Below the pieces are notes generated by a model. That model worked only from the letters and a program-made list of their open reading frames with translations, did not search any database and had not been told where the DNA came from. Shown piece after piece: positions 55,928 through 64,000 of a DNA stretch of 64,000 bases (positions are counted from its first letter, which is position 1; each line of letters opens with the position of its first letter). A program made the position numbers and the translations under genes. Origin of the DNA: a virus; IMG/VR virus record IMGVR_UViG_3300008954_000022, positions 31,673 to 95,672 of that record; one strand, written 5' to 3'.

Positions 55928-57325
55928 ATGGCTCAGGAAGATTACGCAGTAGACGCGAGATTCAGCCACTACGGTAAGGGTTTCCAGGAAAAGATCTTCC
56001 AGGGCCTTATGTCTGATCACACCTGGGCCAGCCAGATGTCAGAGGTGATGGAACCCCACTTCTTTGACCTCAAGTATCTCGTGTACTTGGCCGAGCGCTA
56101 CTTCAAATACTTTGCGAAGTATAAGTGCTTTCCCACTATGAGCCTCCTCATCTCAATCGTGAAGGATGATCTCACTGAGGGCAACGACGCTGTCCTTCGG
56201 GACCAGATTGTTGAGTTCCTCCACCGTGTAAAGACCAACCCGAATATGGGAGACCTGCAGTATGTCAAGGACAAGTCCCTGGACTTCTGTAAGCGCCAGG
56301 CCTTCAAGGAGGCGTTGGAGCAGGCGGTTGAACTAATTTCCACCGACAAGTTTGAGAGTGTTGTGGATCTCATGAAGACAGCTGTTGCAGTTGGCATGCC
56401 CAGCTCTATAGGACATGACTTTTTTGAGGATAAGGAGTCGAGATTTGTAAAGACTCTGCGACAGGTGTGCCCAACAGGCATAAAGCGGCTAGATGCGTCT
56501 GATATTCTCAGGGGAGGCCTCGGCCGCGGCGAGATTGGAGTTATAACTGCTAACACCGGTGTTGGAAAGAGTCACTTCCTGGTGCAGATGGGAGCCAACG
56601 CCATGAAAGCGGGTAAGAACGTGATTCACTACACGTTTGAGCTTTCAGAGCATGCCACCGGACTAAGGTATGATTCGAATCTGTGCAATATTCCAAGCAA
56701 TGATGTGCCAGATCATAGAGACATCGTCTTTAAGAGGTACGATAAAAAAGACCTGGGACGCCTAATCATCAAGGAGTATCCCACAGGATCTGCATCTGTG
56801 GTGACTATCAGGAATCACATCGAAAAATTGATGATGAAGGGATTCGCCCCCGGCCTCATTCTAGTTGATTATGCGGATGTTATGCGATCCACTCGAAGCT
56901 ACGACTCCCTGCGTCACGAGCTTAAGCTGATTTATGAGGAGCTGAGGAACCTTTCCATGGATATCCAGATTCCCATCTGGACTGCCAGTCAGGCGAACAG
57001 GGACTCAGCAAAATCGGACATTGTAGGCCTGGAGAATATGGCAGAGGCCTACTCGAAGGCCATGGTTGCGGATGTCGTCCTCTCGCTCTCCCGAAAGCCC
57101 CTGGAAAAATCAACGGGACAGGGACGTCTGTTCATTGCAAAGAATCGCGCGGGTCGGGATGGTCTGGTCTTTCCTATTCACATTGACACCGCACGTTCTA
57201 CAATCGAAATACTTGACGAGACACAGTTGACGCTAAATGAGGCAGTCAGGCAGGATGAGTCGACAATGAAGCAGCTGCTCAAGCAGAAGTGGACTGAAGT
57301 GAGTGAGAGATCCAGTGAAGGATAA
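55928..57325 (+). CDS. Replicative DnaB-like helicase (T4 gp41-like)
   Basis: PTG...LD, GGLGRGE, ANTGVGKS, IIKEYPT, VDYAD, WTASQANR and KNRAG. Confidence 0.9.
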   Translation: MAQEDYAVDARFSHYGKGFQEKIFQGLMSDHTWASQMSEVMEPHFFDLKYLVYLAERYFKYFAKYKCFPTMSLLISIVKDDLTEGNDAVLRDQIVEFLHRVKTNPNMGDLQYVKDKSLDFCKRQAFKEALEQAVELISTDKFESVVDLMKTAVAVGMPSSIGHDFFEDKESRFVKTLRQVCPTGIKRLDASDILRGGLGRGEIGVITANTGVGKSHFLVQMGANAMKAGKNVIHYTFELSEHATGLRYDSNLCNIPSNDVPDHRDIVFKRYDKKDLGRLIIKEYPTGSASVVTIRNHIEKLMMKGFAPGLILVDYADVMRSTRSYDSLRHELKLIYEELRNLSMDIQIPIWTASQANRDSAKSDIVGLENMAEAYSKAMVADVVLSLSRKPLEKSTGQGRLFIAKNRAGRDGLVFPIHIDTARSTIEILDETQLTLNEAVRQDESTMKQLLKQKWTEVSERSSEG

Positions 57326-57328
57326 GCG

Positions 57329-59839
57329 ATGACTCAGATCACGTACGATGCTGCTTATGCTGCCTGTCTGGAATATTTTGACGGAGACAACCTAGCTGCA
57401 AATGTCTTCTTGACCAAGTACGCCCTGACTGACAGGGAGGGGAACCTTCAGGAGAGCACCCCGGATGACATGCATCACCGCATGGCCAGGGAGTTCGCAA
57501 GGATTGAGAGAAAGTATCCGAATCCGATGTCTGAGGAGGAGATCTACCAACTCTTCAGAAAGTTCAAGTATGTGATACCCCAGGGCTCACCCATGTCAGG
57601 TATCGGGAATGATTATCAGGTACAGTCAATTTCTAACTGCTTTGTTATTGAGTCCCCTCATGACTCCTACGGAGGTATCTGCAAGACAGATCAGGAGCTT
57701 GTCCAGATTGCTAAGCGCCGCGGCGGGGTGGGATTTGATATTTCCACGATTCGACCCAAGGGCCAGGCGACCGGTAACTGTGCCAGAACGACTGACGGGA
57801 TTGAAGTCTTCATGGACAGATTCTCTAACTCCTGTCGGGAGGTAGCCCAGGGCGGCCGCAGAGGTGCTCTGATGATAACACTCTCTGTGCATCACCCACA
57901 GATAAGGGATTTTATCCGTATCAAGCGGGACCTCCGACGAGTGACAGGAGCGAACATCTCCGTCAGACTTACGGATGAGTTCTTGCAGGCTGTCTCTGAC
58001 GATGCCAATGTGGAGTTGAGATTTCCTATTGATGCTGCCTCTCCGGAGATTTCTAATCAGGTTAAAGCAAAGGAGCTCTGGGACGAGATTATTGAGAGCG
58101 CGCACGAGTGTGCAGAGCCAGGTCTTCTAATGTGGGACAATGCAAAGAGGCTCACTCCGTCGGATGTGTATGATGATGTGGGCTTCGGATCGACATCGAC
58201 GAACCCATGTGCGGAGATCGTGCTGTCCCCGTATGACAGCTGTCGTCTAATGATTGTCAATCTACTGAGCTTCGTTGAAGAGCCCTTTGCTGACTCCGCA
58301 AGGTTCAACTATGAGAGGTTCGATGAGGTGGTTCAGCAGGCACAGCGTCTAATGGATGACATGATCGACCTCGAGATTGAGCAGATTGAGAAGATTCTGG
58401 ACAAGATTCATAATGATCCGGAACCGGAGGCTGTGAAGGCCATTGAGCGAGAGCTCTGGCAGAACATAAGAACCCAAGCCGAGAGGGGACGACGCACCGG
58501 CCTGGGAGTTACCGCCGTCGGTGATGCTCTGGCAGCATTGAATATTCGGTACGGAAGTCGTGAGTCAATTGATACAGTCGAGAGGTTCTACCGAGCTTTG
58601 GCAACTGGAGCGTATCGCTCATCTTGTATAATGGCCCGAGACAGGGGCGCATTTCCTATTCACAGTCATCAGAAGGAGCAGGGACACGAGTTCCTGGAGC
58701 GAATCTGGGATACGGATGATGAGATTAGGCGCATGTCAGAGAAGTATGGCAGGAGAAATATTGCGCTGACGACTACTGCACCAGCAGGCTCTGTCTCTGT
58801 TCTAACACAGACGACCTCTGGTATTGAGCCGGCCTACCTTCTCAAGTACACCAGGCGAAAGAAGATCAACCAGGAAGCTGACCCACATGCTCAGGTGGAT
58901 TTTGTAGATGATGTGGGTGACTCGTGGCAGGAGTACGAAGTATATCACCATGGCTACAAGAAGTGGCTTGACAAATACAGCAATACAGTTGCCAAGGGTA
59001 TCGAAGCATCAGGGACTTCAGTGGATGAAGAGGGACTCATAGCAATGAGTCCATACTGGAAGTCGACCTCAGGAGACATTGATTGGATTGCGAAGGTCCG
59101 AATGCAGGCCGCAGCACAGAGGTGGATCTGTCACGCGATATCGAACACAACAAACGTACCTAAAGACACAGATAAGGCTACAGTCGCTGAGATTTACATG
59201 GAGGGCTGGCGCGCCGGATGCAAGGGTGTCACTGTCTACCGAGACGGCTCGAGGTCTGGTGTGCTAGTTGAGTCACGTGAAAACGAGGGGATCAGGTATC
59301 ACAGCTCTCCCAAGCGACCCTTGACGCTCCCCTGTGATATCCACCACGCCACTATCAAGGGTGAGAAGTGGACCATCCTTGTGGGTCTGCTCGACGGTCA
59401 ACCCTATGAGATTATAGGCGGATTGGCAGAGTTTGTTGAGATTCCAAAGAAGTATAACGTAGGCACAATTGCAAAGAGGCCTCGCAAGACGAGAAACTCC
59501 ATTTACGACCTCAGCTTTGGAGAGAACGGCAACGAGGTGACAATTAAGGATGTTGTGCGTGTCTTCGATAATCCCAACCACGCGGGATTCACGAGAATAA
59601 TGTCCCTAGCACTCAGGCACGGAGCTCCTCGTCAGTACATTGTCGAACAGCTCCAGAAGGACAAGGATGCTGACCTCTTCTCGTTTGCCAGAGTTACAGC
59701 GAGGGTCCTCAAGAAGTATATCAAGGATGGGACAGTCCCAGGAAAGACAACGTGTGAGAATTGTAGCTCTGAGGACACCCTAATCTATCAGGAGGGCTGT
59801 GTTACCTGCACGGCCTGTGGATTCGGAAAGTGCGGATGA
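57329..59839 (+). CDS. nrdJ: Class II (adenosylcobalamin-dependent) ribonucleotide reductase
   Basis: SNCFV, GGVG, QGGRRGA, TNPCAEI, RRTGLG, APAGSVS..TQTTSGIEP, ISNTTN and KGVTVYRDGSR. C-terminal TSCPD-like domain and CxxC...EGC..C..CG..KC tail; no adjacent beta subunit. Confidence 0.88.
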   Translation: MTQITYDAAYAACLEYFDGDNLAANVFLTKYALTDREGNLQESTPDDMHHRMAREFARIERKYPNPMSEEEIYQLFRKFKYVIPQGSPMSGIGNDYQVQSISNCFVIESPHDSYGGICKTDQELVQIAKRRGGVGFDISTIRPKGQATGNCARTTDGIEVFMDRFSNSCREVAQGGRRGALMITLSVHHPQIRDFIRIKRDLRRVTGANISVRLTDEFLQAVSDDANVELRFPIDAASPEISNQVKAKELWDEIIESAHECAEPGLLMWDNAKRLTPSDVYDDVGFGSTSTNPCAEIVLSPYDSCRLMIVNLLSFVEEPFADSARFNYERFDEVVQQAQRLMDDMIDLEIEQIEKILDKIHNDPEPEAVKAIERELWQNIRTQAERGRRTGLGVTAVGDALAALNIRYGSRESIDTVERFYRALATGAYRSSCIMARDRGAFPIHSHQKEQGHEFLERIWDTDDEIRRMSEKYGRRNIALTTTAPAGSVSVLTQTTSGIEPAYLLKYTRRKKINQEADPHAQVDFVDDVGDSWQEYEVYHHGYKKWLDKYSNTVAKGIEASGTSVDEEGLIAMSPYWKSTSGDIDWIAKVRMQAAAQRWICHAISNTTNVPKDTDKATVAEIYMEGWRAGCKGVTVYRDGSRSGVLVESRENEGIRYHSSPKRPLTLPCDIHHATIKGEKWTILVGLLDGQPYEIIGGLAEFVEIPKKYNVGTIAKRPRKTRNSIYDLSFGENGNEVTIKDVVRVFDNPNHAGFTRIMSLALRHGAPRQYIVEQLQKDKDADLFSFARVTARVLKKYIKDGTVPGKTTCENCSSEDTLIYQEGCVTCTACGFGKCG

Positions 59840-59843
59840 GATC

Positions 59844-60446
59844 ATGAAGTGGACAACAGAGATATCGCCACTCCTCAAGGAGTACGAGCTGAGGAAGAAC
59901 ATTGTGATTCCCCGGGTCAACAAGTTCGATGAGAACAGCGCGAAAAAATTTGTGGACGAGATGGCCAAGGCTCACAACTCCGGGCAGCCCGTCATTCCCG
60001 TGATAATTGACTCCTATGGAGGACAGGTCTATTCCCTGATGACGATGATAGCTGCGATTCAGGATGCTGAGATTCCTGTTGCAACAATTGTTGAGGGCAA
60101 GGCAATGTCCTGTGGAGCGATTCTCTTCTCCTTTGGAAGGGAGGATTATCGATTCATGGATCCAAACGCCACAGTGATGATTCACGATGTCTCCTCTATG
60201 GAGTACGGAAAGGTCGAGGAGATCAAGGCCTCGGCCGACGAGACAGAGAGACTGAATCAGATTGTGTATCGGATGATGGGTCGAAATTGTGGAAAGAAGG
60301 CAGATTACTTCTTAAAACTAGTTCACAAGCGCGGACACGCGGACTGGTTCCTAGATGCTGAAGAGGCGAAAAAGCACAATCTAGCCAACCACATCAGACT
60401 TCCCAAGCTGCATATTACGGTCAGTGTTGACATCGATTTTGAGTAG
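59844..60446 (+). CDS. ClpP-like serine protease
   Basis: IIDSYGGQV, GKAMSCG (Ser), VMIHD (His) and DWFL.AEEA (Asp). Confidence 0.82.
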   Translation: MKWTTEISPLLKEYELRKNIVIPRVNKFDENSAKKFVDEMAKAHNSGQPVIPVIIDSYGGQVYSLMTMIAAIQDAEIPVATIVEGKAMSCGAILFSFGREDYRFMDPNATVMIHDVSSMEYGKVEEIKASADETERLNQIVYRMMGRNCGKKADYFLKLVHKRGHADWFLDAEEAKKHNLANHIRLPKLHITVSVDIDFE

Positions 60447-60505
60447 CACTTAGTCTCCCCTCCTACTTACACTACAACAGTACTGTAAGTCCACGGGGGT
60501 GGAGC

Positions 60506-61441
60506 ATGTCATTTGATAAGGAATTCTATAATCAGGCCAGCGCTGAGAAGCTAGGCTGGGACCCTAAGTGGTTCGGTGTAACAGAGAACGATGATCGTCT
60601 CATCGAGGCTGTCAAGAAGTGGCAACGGGCCAGAAGCCTCAAGTCAGACGGACTAGTTGGTCCCATGACATTTCGACGTGTCTGGACAGAGCGTGAGGCA
60701 CAGATCTCAAGTGCGCGTGATGCTCCAGGTTTTGGATATGAGAGCTCACCTTCTGTCTGTCATGAGCCGACGATTGTGCATAATGGGACACACTACCCAA
60801 TCAAGTGGCCGCGTGTTATTCTCTGGGATGAGCCCGACGGTCTTAAGACTGCACCAGGAAGCTACTCCTCCTATGCGGGCAAGGAGCCACGAAAGATAAA
60901 CCACTTCGTGAATCACTGGGATGTGTGTCTCTCTTCTGAGAGCTGCGCCAAAGTGTTGGCCAAACGAGGCATCTCGGTCCACTTCTGCATTGATAACGAT
61001 GGAACGATCTACCAGCTTCTCGACACGCAGCATGCGGCGTGGCAAGCGGGGGGCCGACTCTGGAACCACACAGGGATCGGTGTTGAGATAGCGAACGCGT
61101 ACTACCTGAAGTATCAGGACTGGTATGTGTCGAGAGGCTTTGGACCACGCCCAATTCAAGAACAGGGGCAGGTACACGGCAAAACCCTAAAGCCTTTCTT
61201 AGATTTTTATCCAGTCCAGCTTGAGGCTCTAAAGGCGCTGTGGGCTGCTGTGTCAGAGGCGCACAACATTCCTCTAGAGTGCCCAACAGACAATCGAGGA
61301 AAACTAGTGACAACCATCGATAATCGGTGTGTTCGAGGAGAGTTTAGTGGGTTTATCAATCACTACAATCTCACTAAGAGAAAGATTGACTGCGCTGGAC
61401 TCGATCTTGTAGACCTCCTGGACCAGGCCAAAGATCTCTAG
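60506..61441 (+). CDS. Endolysin: peptidoglycan-binding domain + N-acetylmuramoyl-L-alanine amidase
   Basis: AVKKWQRAR.LKSDGLVGPMT (PG_binding_1); VNHWD, SVHFCIDNDG.IYQ, AWQAG, IGVEI, GFINH and KIDC (Amidase_2). Confidence 0.85.
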   Translation: MSFDKEFYNQASAEKLGWDPKWFGVTENDDRLIEAVKKWQRARSLKSDGLVGPMTFRRVWTEREAQISSARDAPGFGYESSPSVCHEPTIVHNGTHYPIKWPRVILWDEPDGLKTAPGSYSSYAGKEPRKINHFVNHWDVCLSSESCAKVLAKRGISVHFCIDNDGTIYQLLDTQHAAWQAGGRLWNHTGIGVEIANAYYLKYQDWYVSRGFGPRPIQEQGQVHGKTLKPFLDFYPVQLEALKALWAAVSEAHNIPLECPTDNRGKLVTTIDNRCVRGEFSGFINHYNLTKRKIDCAGLDLVDLLDQAKDL

Positions 61442-61524
61442 ACAACTGTGGCAGTGGGTAATACCTTTCAGTCGTTCGTGTAATATTTAGTCTTACATAC
61501 AACGCTGTGTTCGGGGTAAGAGTA

Positions 61525-63201
61525 TTGTCCAAGAGAATCAACGAGCTTTCTTTAGGTGAACCGACAAAGAGTGTTGAGTACACTGGATTCGTACTTGACG
61601 CTGCTTCTCACCAGAAATTAGCTGCCCTCGCCCCGGAAGGCTGGAAGGTGTTCGCGCACCACATGACAGTCATTAATCCCCCAAACATGAAGAGGAGACT
61701 TCCAGCTCGATGGCTGGGAGCAGAGTTCTGTGTAAGGGTGGTTGGGGTTGCCCAGGACAGTATGGTTATGACAGCTCTTGTGGACTTGGGAGGCACACCT
61801 ATTCCAATGAAGGGCCCTGAGTATCCTCATGTGACCATCGCCACAAATCCCTCAGCCGGCGGAAAACCGGCAATGTCTAACTGGAAGTTCAAGCCGAAAA
61901 TTGACGAGTTTAATTTTCAGGAGATCACGCCCATCACGATCTGTGGAACGATTGAGGAAGTCATGCGAGAGGGAAGAAGATCGACCACACTCCGGAGACT
62001 TATTCGGGAGACCCTTCTTCGTGAAGCCCCGTCTGAAGAGCCAGTCAGGATGCCCTTGAACCTTCCAGTTCCAGCAGACATTCGTGACCTGACCAAGGAG
62101 TTTCGCGCTGCAGGGCACGAGCTCTATATTGTCGGCGGCGCAGTTCGAGATGCCCTGCTGAATAAGACACCTAAGGATTACGATCTTGCGACTAGCGCAC
62201 CGCCTGATAGAGTGATAGAAATACTCTCAGGATCGCCAGAGTTCCAGACCAAGCCCGTTGGTGAGGCGTTCGGTGTGGTGTTGGTGAAAACTCCGGATGG
62301 CAGTGAGTACGAGGTGGCAACCTTTCGAAAGGATATTGGTAAGGGTCGTCGCCCGGACTCGGTGGAGTTCACTGATATCAAGTCTGATGTTCAGCGACGC
62401 GACCTCACCATCAATGCTCTTTTCTACGACTTGGACACAGGAGAGGTGGTTGACTATGTGGGAGGTATTGAGGATCTAACCAATGGAGTAGTCCGGACTG
62501 TCGGACAACCTGAGGACAGGTTCGGTGAGGATAAGCTTCGAGTGCTTCGTGCGATTCGGTTCGCGGCGAGGTTAGGCTCGGATCTAGATCCTGACACCGC
62601 GCGCGCGATAAAGGAGGATCCCATTCTGGAGCAGGTCTCCTCCGAGAGAATACGGGATGAGTTCCTTAAGGGTATAGAGTCAGCACAGCGGGTACCTCAC
62701 TTTCTGGAGATGTTTGAGGAACTAGACCTCTTCGAGGAGGTCTTTCCTGGGCTCGAGGTTAACGCAGAGTATCACCAAGAGCGAGATCCAATAATCCAAT
62801 TGGCTCTTCTTCTTCGGGACAACGTGCCAACTGCAGTGTCACAGACACTTAAGAGTTTGAAGTATACAAACGAGGAAGTCAAGAAGATTGCCTTTCTCTT
62901 GGCATTCCAGGAGCTCCAGGAAACATCTGCACCCCAGCTTAAGAAGAGGTACAACGCATCAGGATTGAGTCCCGATCAGTTGAGTGTTTTTGCCGAGGCT
63001 GTGCAGGTGCCATCCGAAAGGCACGTTAGTGCTTTCCTTGAGTTCGCCGGGGCCCCACCATCTGCTGACCCCCGAGAGTTGATGTCACAGGGGTTGACAG
63101 GACCTGATATCGGAAAGGCGATGGAGGACGCGGAGTACGATGCTTATCGACAATTGGTGGGAGAGTCAGTACTACGAGCCTATATCAGGCTTTTCGCGTA
63201 G
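61525..63201 (+). CDS. Fusion of 2H phosphoesterase (cyclic phosphodiesterase-like) and class II CCA-adding tRNA nucleotidyltransferase
   Basis: N-terminal HHMTV and PHVTIA..GGKPAMSN give the two HxT motifs. Then VGGAVRD..DYD, RRDLTINA, EDKLRVLRAIRF and SERIRDE. Start is TTG 61525 or GTG 61507. Confidence 0.85.
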   Translation: MSKRINELSLGEPTKSVEYTGFVLDAASHQKLAALAPEGWKVFAHHMTVINPPNMKRRLPARWLGAEFCVRVVGVAQDSMVMTALVDLGGTPIPMKGPEYPHVTIATNPSAGGKPAMSNWKFKPKIDEFNFQEITPITICGTIEEVMREGRRSTTLRRLIRETLLREAPSEEPVRMPLNLPVPADIRDLTKEFRAAGHELYIVGGAVRDALLNKTPKDYDLATSAPPDRVIEILSGSPEFQTKPVGEAFGVVLVKTPDGSEYEVATFRKDIGKGRRPDSVEFTDIKSDVQRRDLTINALFYDLDTGEVVDYVGGIEDLTNGVVRTVGQPEDRFGEDKLRVLRAIRFAARLGSDLDPDTARAIKEDPILEQVSSERIRDEFLKGIESAQRVPHFLEMFEELDLFEEVFPGLEVNAEYHQERDPIIQLALLLRDNVPTAVSQTLKSLKYTNEEVKKIAFLLAFQELQETSAPQLKKRYNASGLSPDQLSVFAEAVQVPSERHVSAFLEFAGAPPSADPRELMSQGLTGPDIGKAMEDAEYDAYRQLVGESVLRAYIRLFA

Positions 63202-63240
63202 GAGACAAATAGTTATGTTGTGTAGGAGTGGGAGACAAGT

Positions 63241-64000
63241 ATGAAACTTTCAATGAGGCAGCTGAGAAGATTGATTCTCACCGAGTCCAGAAGGACTCCA
63301 AGTCTAGTCGAACTATTGTTCGAAGAGGAGGAACTCAATTCGACCGAGCCTTCTGATTCTGGCGATGCCGGTGCAGATCTTGAGGCAGCATTCAAGGCAG
63401 GTCCCGAAGGGGTCCGGGCTTTTATGGATACCAACAAAGATGAGTCTGTAGTAGACATCTTAGCAAAAGCTGCTGAAGAATATGATGGATCCGCTGAGGA
63501 TGATGTGATTACTGTCGGTGGTGCAACGCCCACAGCTGTTAAGGATCTCGGACCTACACAACAATTCATTGATTTAATGCAGTCAGTTTCCTTTCCTCTT
63601 GGGAGTGCCAAGGTTTTGGACGGTGCAATCTCTAGCAAGACTACTGGGGCCCCAGGAGCAATTTCAGTTTCGGGTGGTGCAGTGTTAGATGGCCATCACA
63701 GGTGGTCAGGAGTTTTTGCCATCACCCCAGACGGCGCGATCAGTTCGAAGGATTTTGGGTTTCCCGGGGGTGTCACAGAGAAGCTAGCTGCGGCACAGAT
63801 GGCAGTTGCTGCTGTGAAAAAAGGAAAGGGTCAGCCCTCAAAGGGTGGCGGCGCTGCAACCGATATTATAGGTAAAGGAGCACCCGAGATTGTTGCTATG
63901 ATTGACGCAAACAAGGGTGAGCAGACAGATCCGGATGCTCCTGGACCCCTTCTCAACGACGAGATGATTCAGTCGATTGCTAATGGAGATTATCCTGGCA
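63241..64000 (+). CDS. ParB/sulfiredoxin-fold protein carrying the N-terminal basic tag, 3'-truncated (absent from the ORF track)
   Basis: Translated by hand: MKLSMRQLRRLILTE...VKDLGPTQQFID...ISVSGGAVLDGHHRWSG..., open to the window end. GGAG SD; ATAGTTA at 63209-63215. Confidence 0.7.
   Translation, partial: MKLSMRQLRRLILTESRRTPSLVELLFEEEELNSTEPSDSGDAGADLEAAFKAGPEGVRAFMDTNKDESVVDILAKAAEEYDGSAEDDVITVGGATPTAVKDLGPTQQFIDLMQSVSFPLGSAKVLDGAISSKTTGAPGAISVSGGAVLDGHHRWSGVFAITPDGAISSKDFGFPGGVTEKLAAAQMAVAAVKKGKGQPSKGGGAATDIIGKGAPEIVAMIDANKGEQTDPDAPGPLLNDEMIQSIANGDYPG

Noticed and set aside
57329-59839. Inteins or introns in RNR (also checked in terminase, helicase and RecA)
   Set aside because: Protein lengths are normal, with no intein splice-junction or LAGLIDADG motifs and no frame breaks.
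61525-63201. Poly(A) polymerase assignment for the nucleotidyltransferase
   Set aside because: Lacks the PAP-specific [LIV][LIV]G[RK][RK]F signature (reads PVGEAFGV).
63213-63638. 141-aa minus-strand ORF
   Set aside because: Shadow of the + strand ORF starting at 63241, which has an SD sequence, the late motif and a DGHHR motif.
1-64000. Stop-codon reassignment, as seen in some large phages
   Set aside because: Core genes are intact in the standard code and end at TAG (capsid, terminase), TGA (portal, RNR) and TAA (sheaths, tube) at the expected C-termini.

Overview
This window is 64 kb of a large contractile-tailed (myovirus-type, distantly T4-like, probably jumbo) phage genome. Every credible gene is on the + strand and uses the standard genetic code. 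Gene order: two baseplate/tail-type proteins; RuvC-like resolvase, primase and an Mre11-Rad50 (gp47-gp46) fusion; terminase, portal, prohead protease, core/scaffold genes, a ribosomal protein bS21 homologue and major capsid; neck and tail-terminator genes, two tail sheaths, tube, a probable frameshifted tail chaperone, tape measure and baseplate genes; a replication/recombination block (minimal PolA domain, HD protein, SSB, RecA, 5'-3' exonuclease, DnaB helicase, class II RNR, ClpP); an amidase endolysin; a 2H-phosphoesterase/CCA-adding enzyme fusion; and a truncated ParB/Srx-like protein. The most interesting signal is a candidate virion-cargo system. Otherwise unrelated proteins share a basic amphipathic tag (roughly L-R-R-x-I-R-E-x-x-L-x-E) that ends in T4 gp21-type (L/I)-x-E cleavage sites and also occurs in the scaffold. 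Most of their genes are preceded by the ATA[C/T/G]TTA motif found upstream of the structural operons. The cargo includes an apparent tRNA 3'-end repair enzyme (2H + CCA-adding), which suggests a packaged and injected anti-defence payload. All assignments come from motif recognition by eye; no searches were run.
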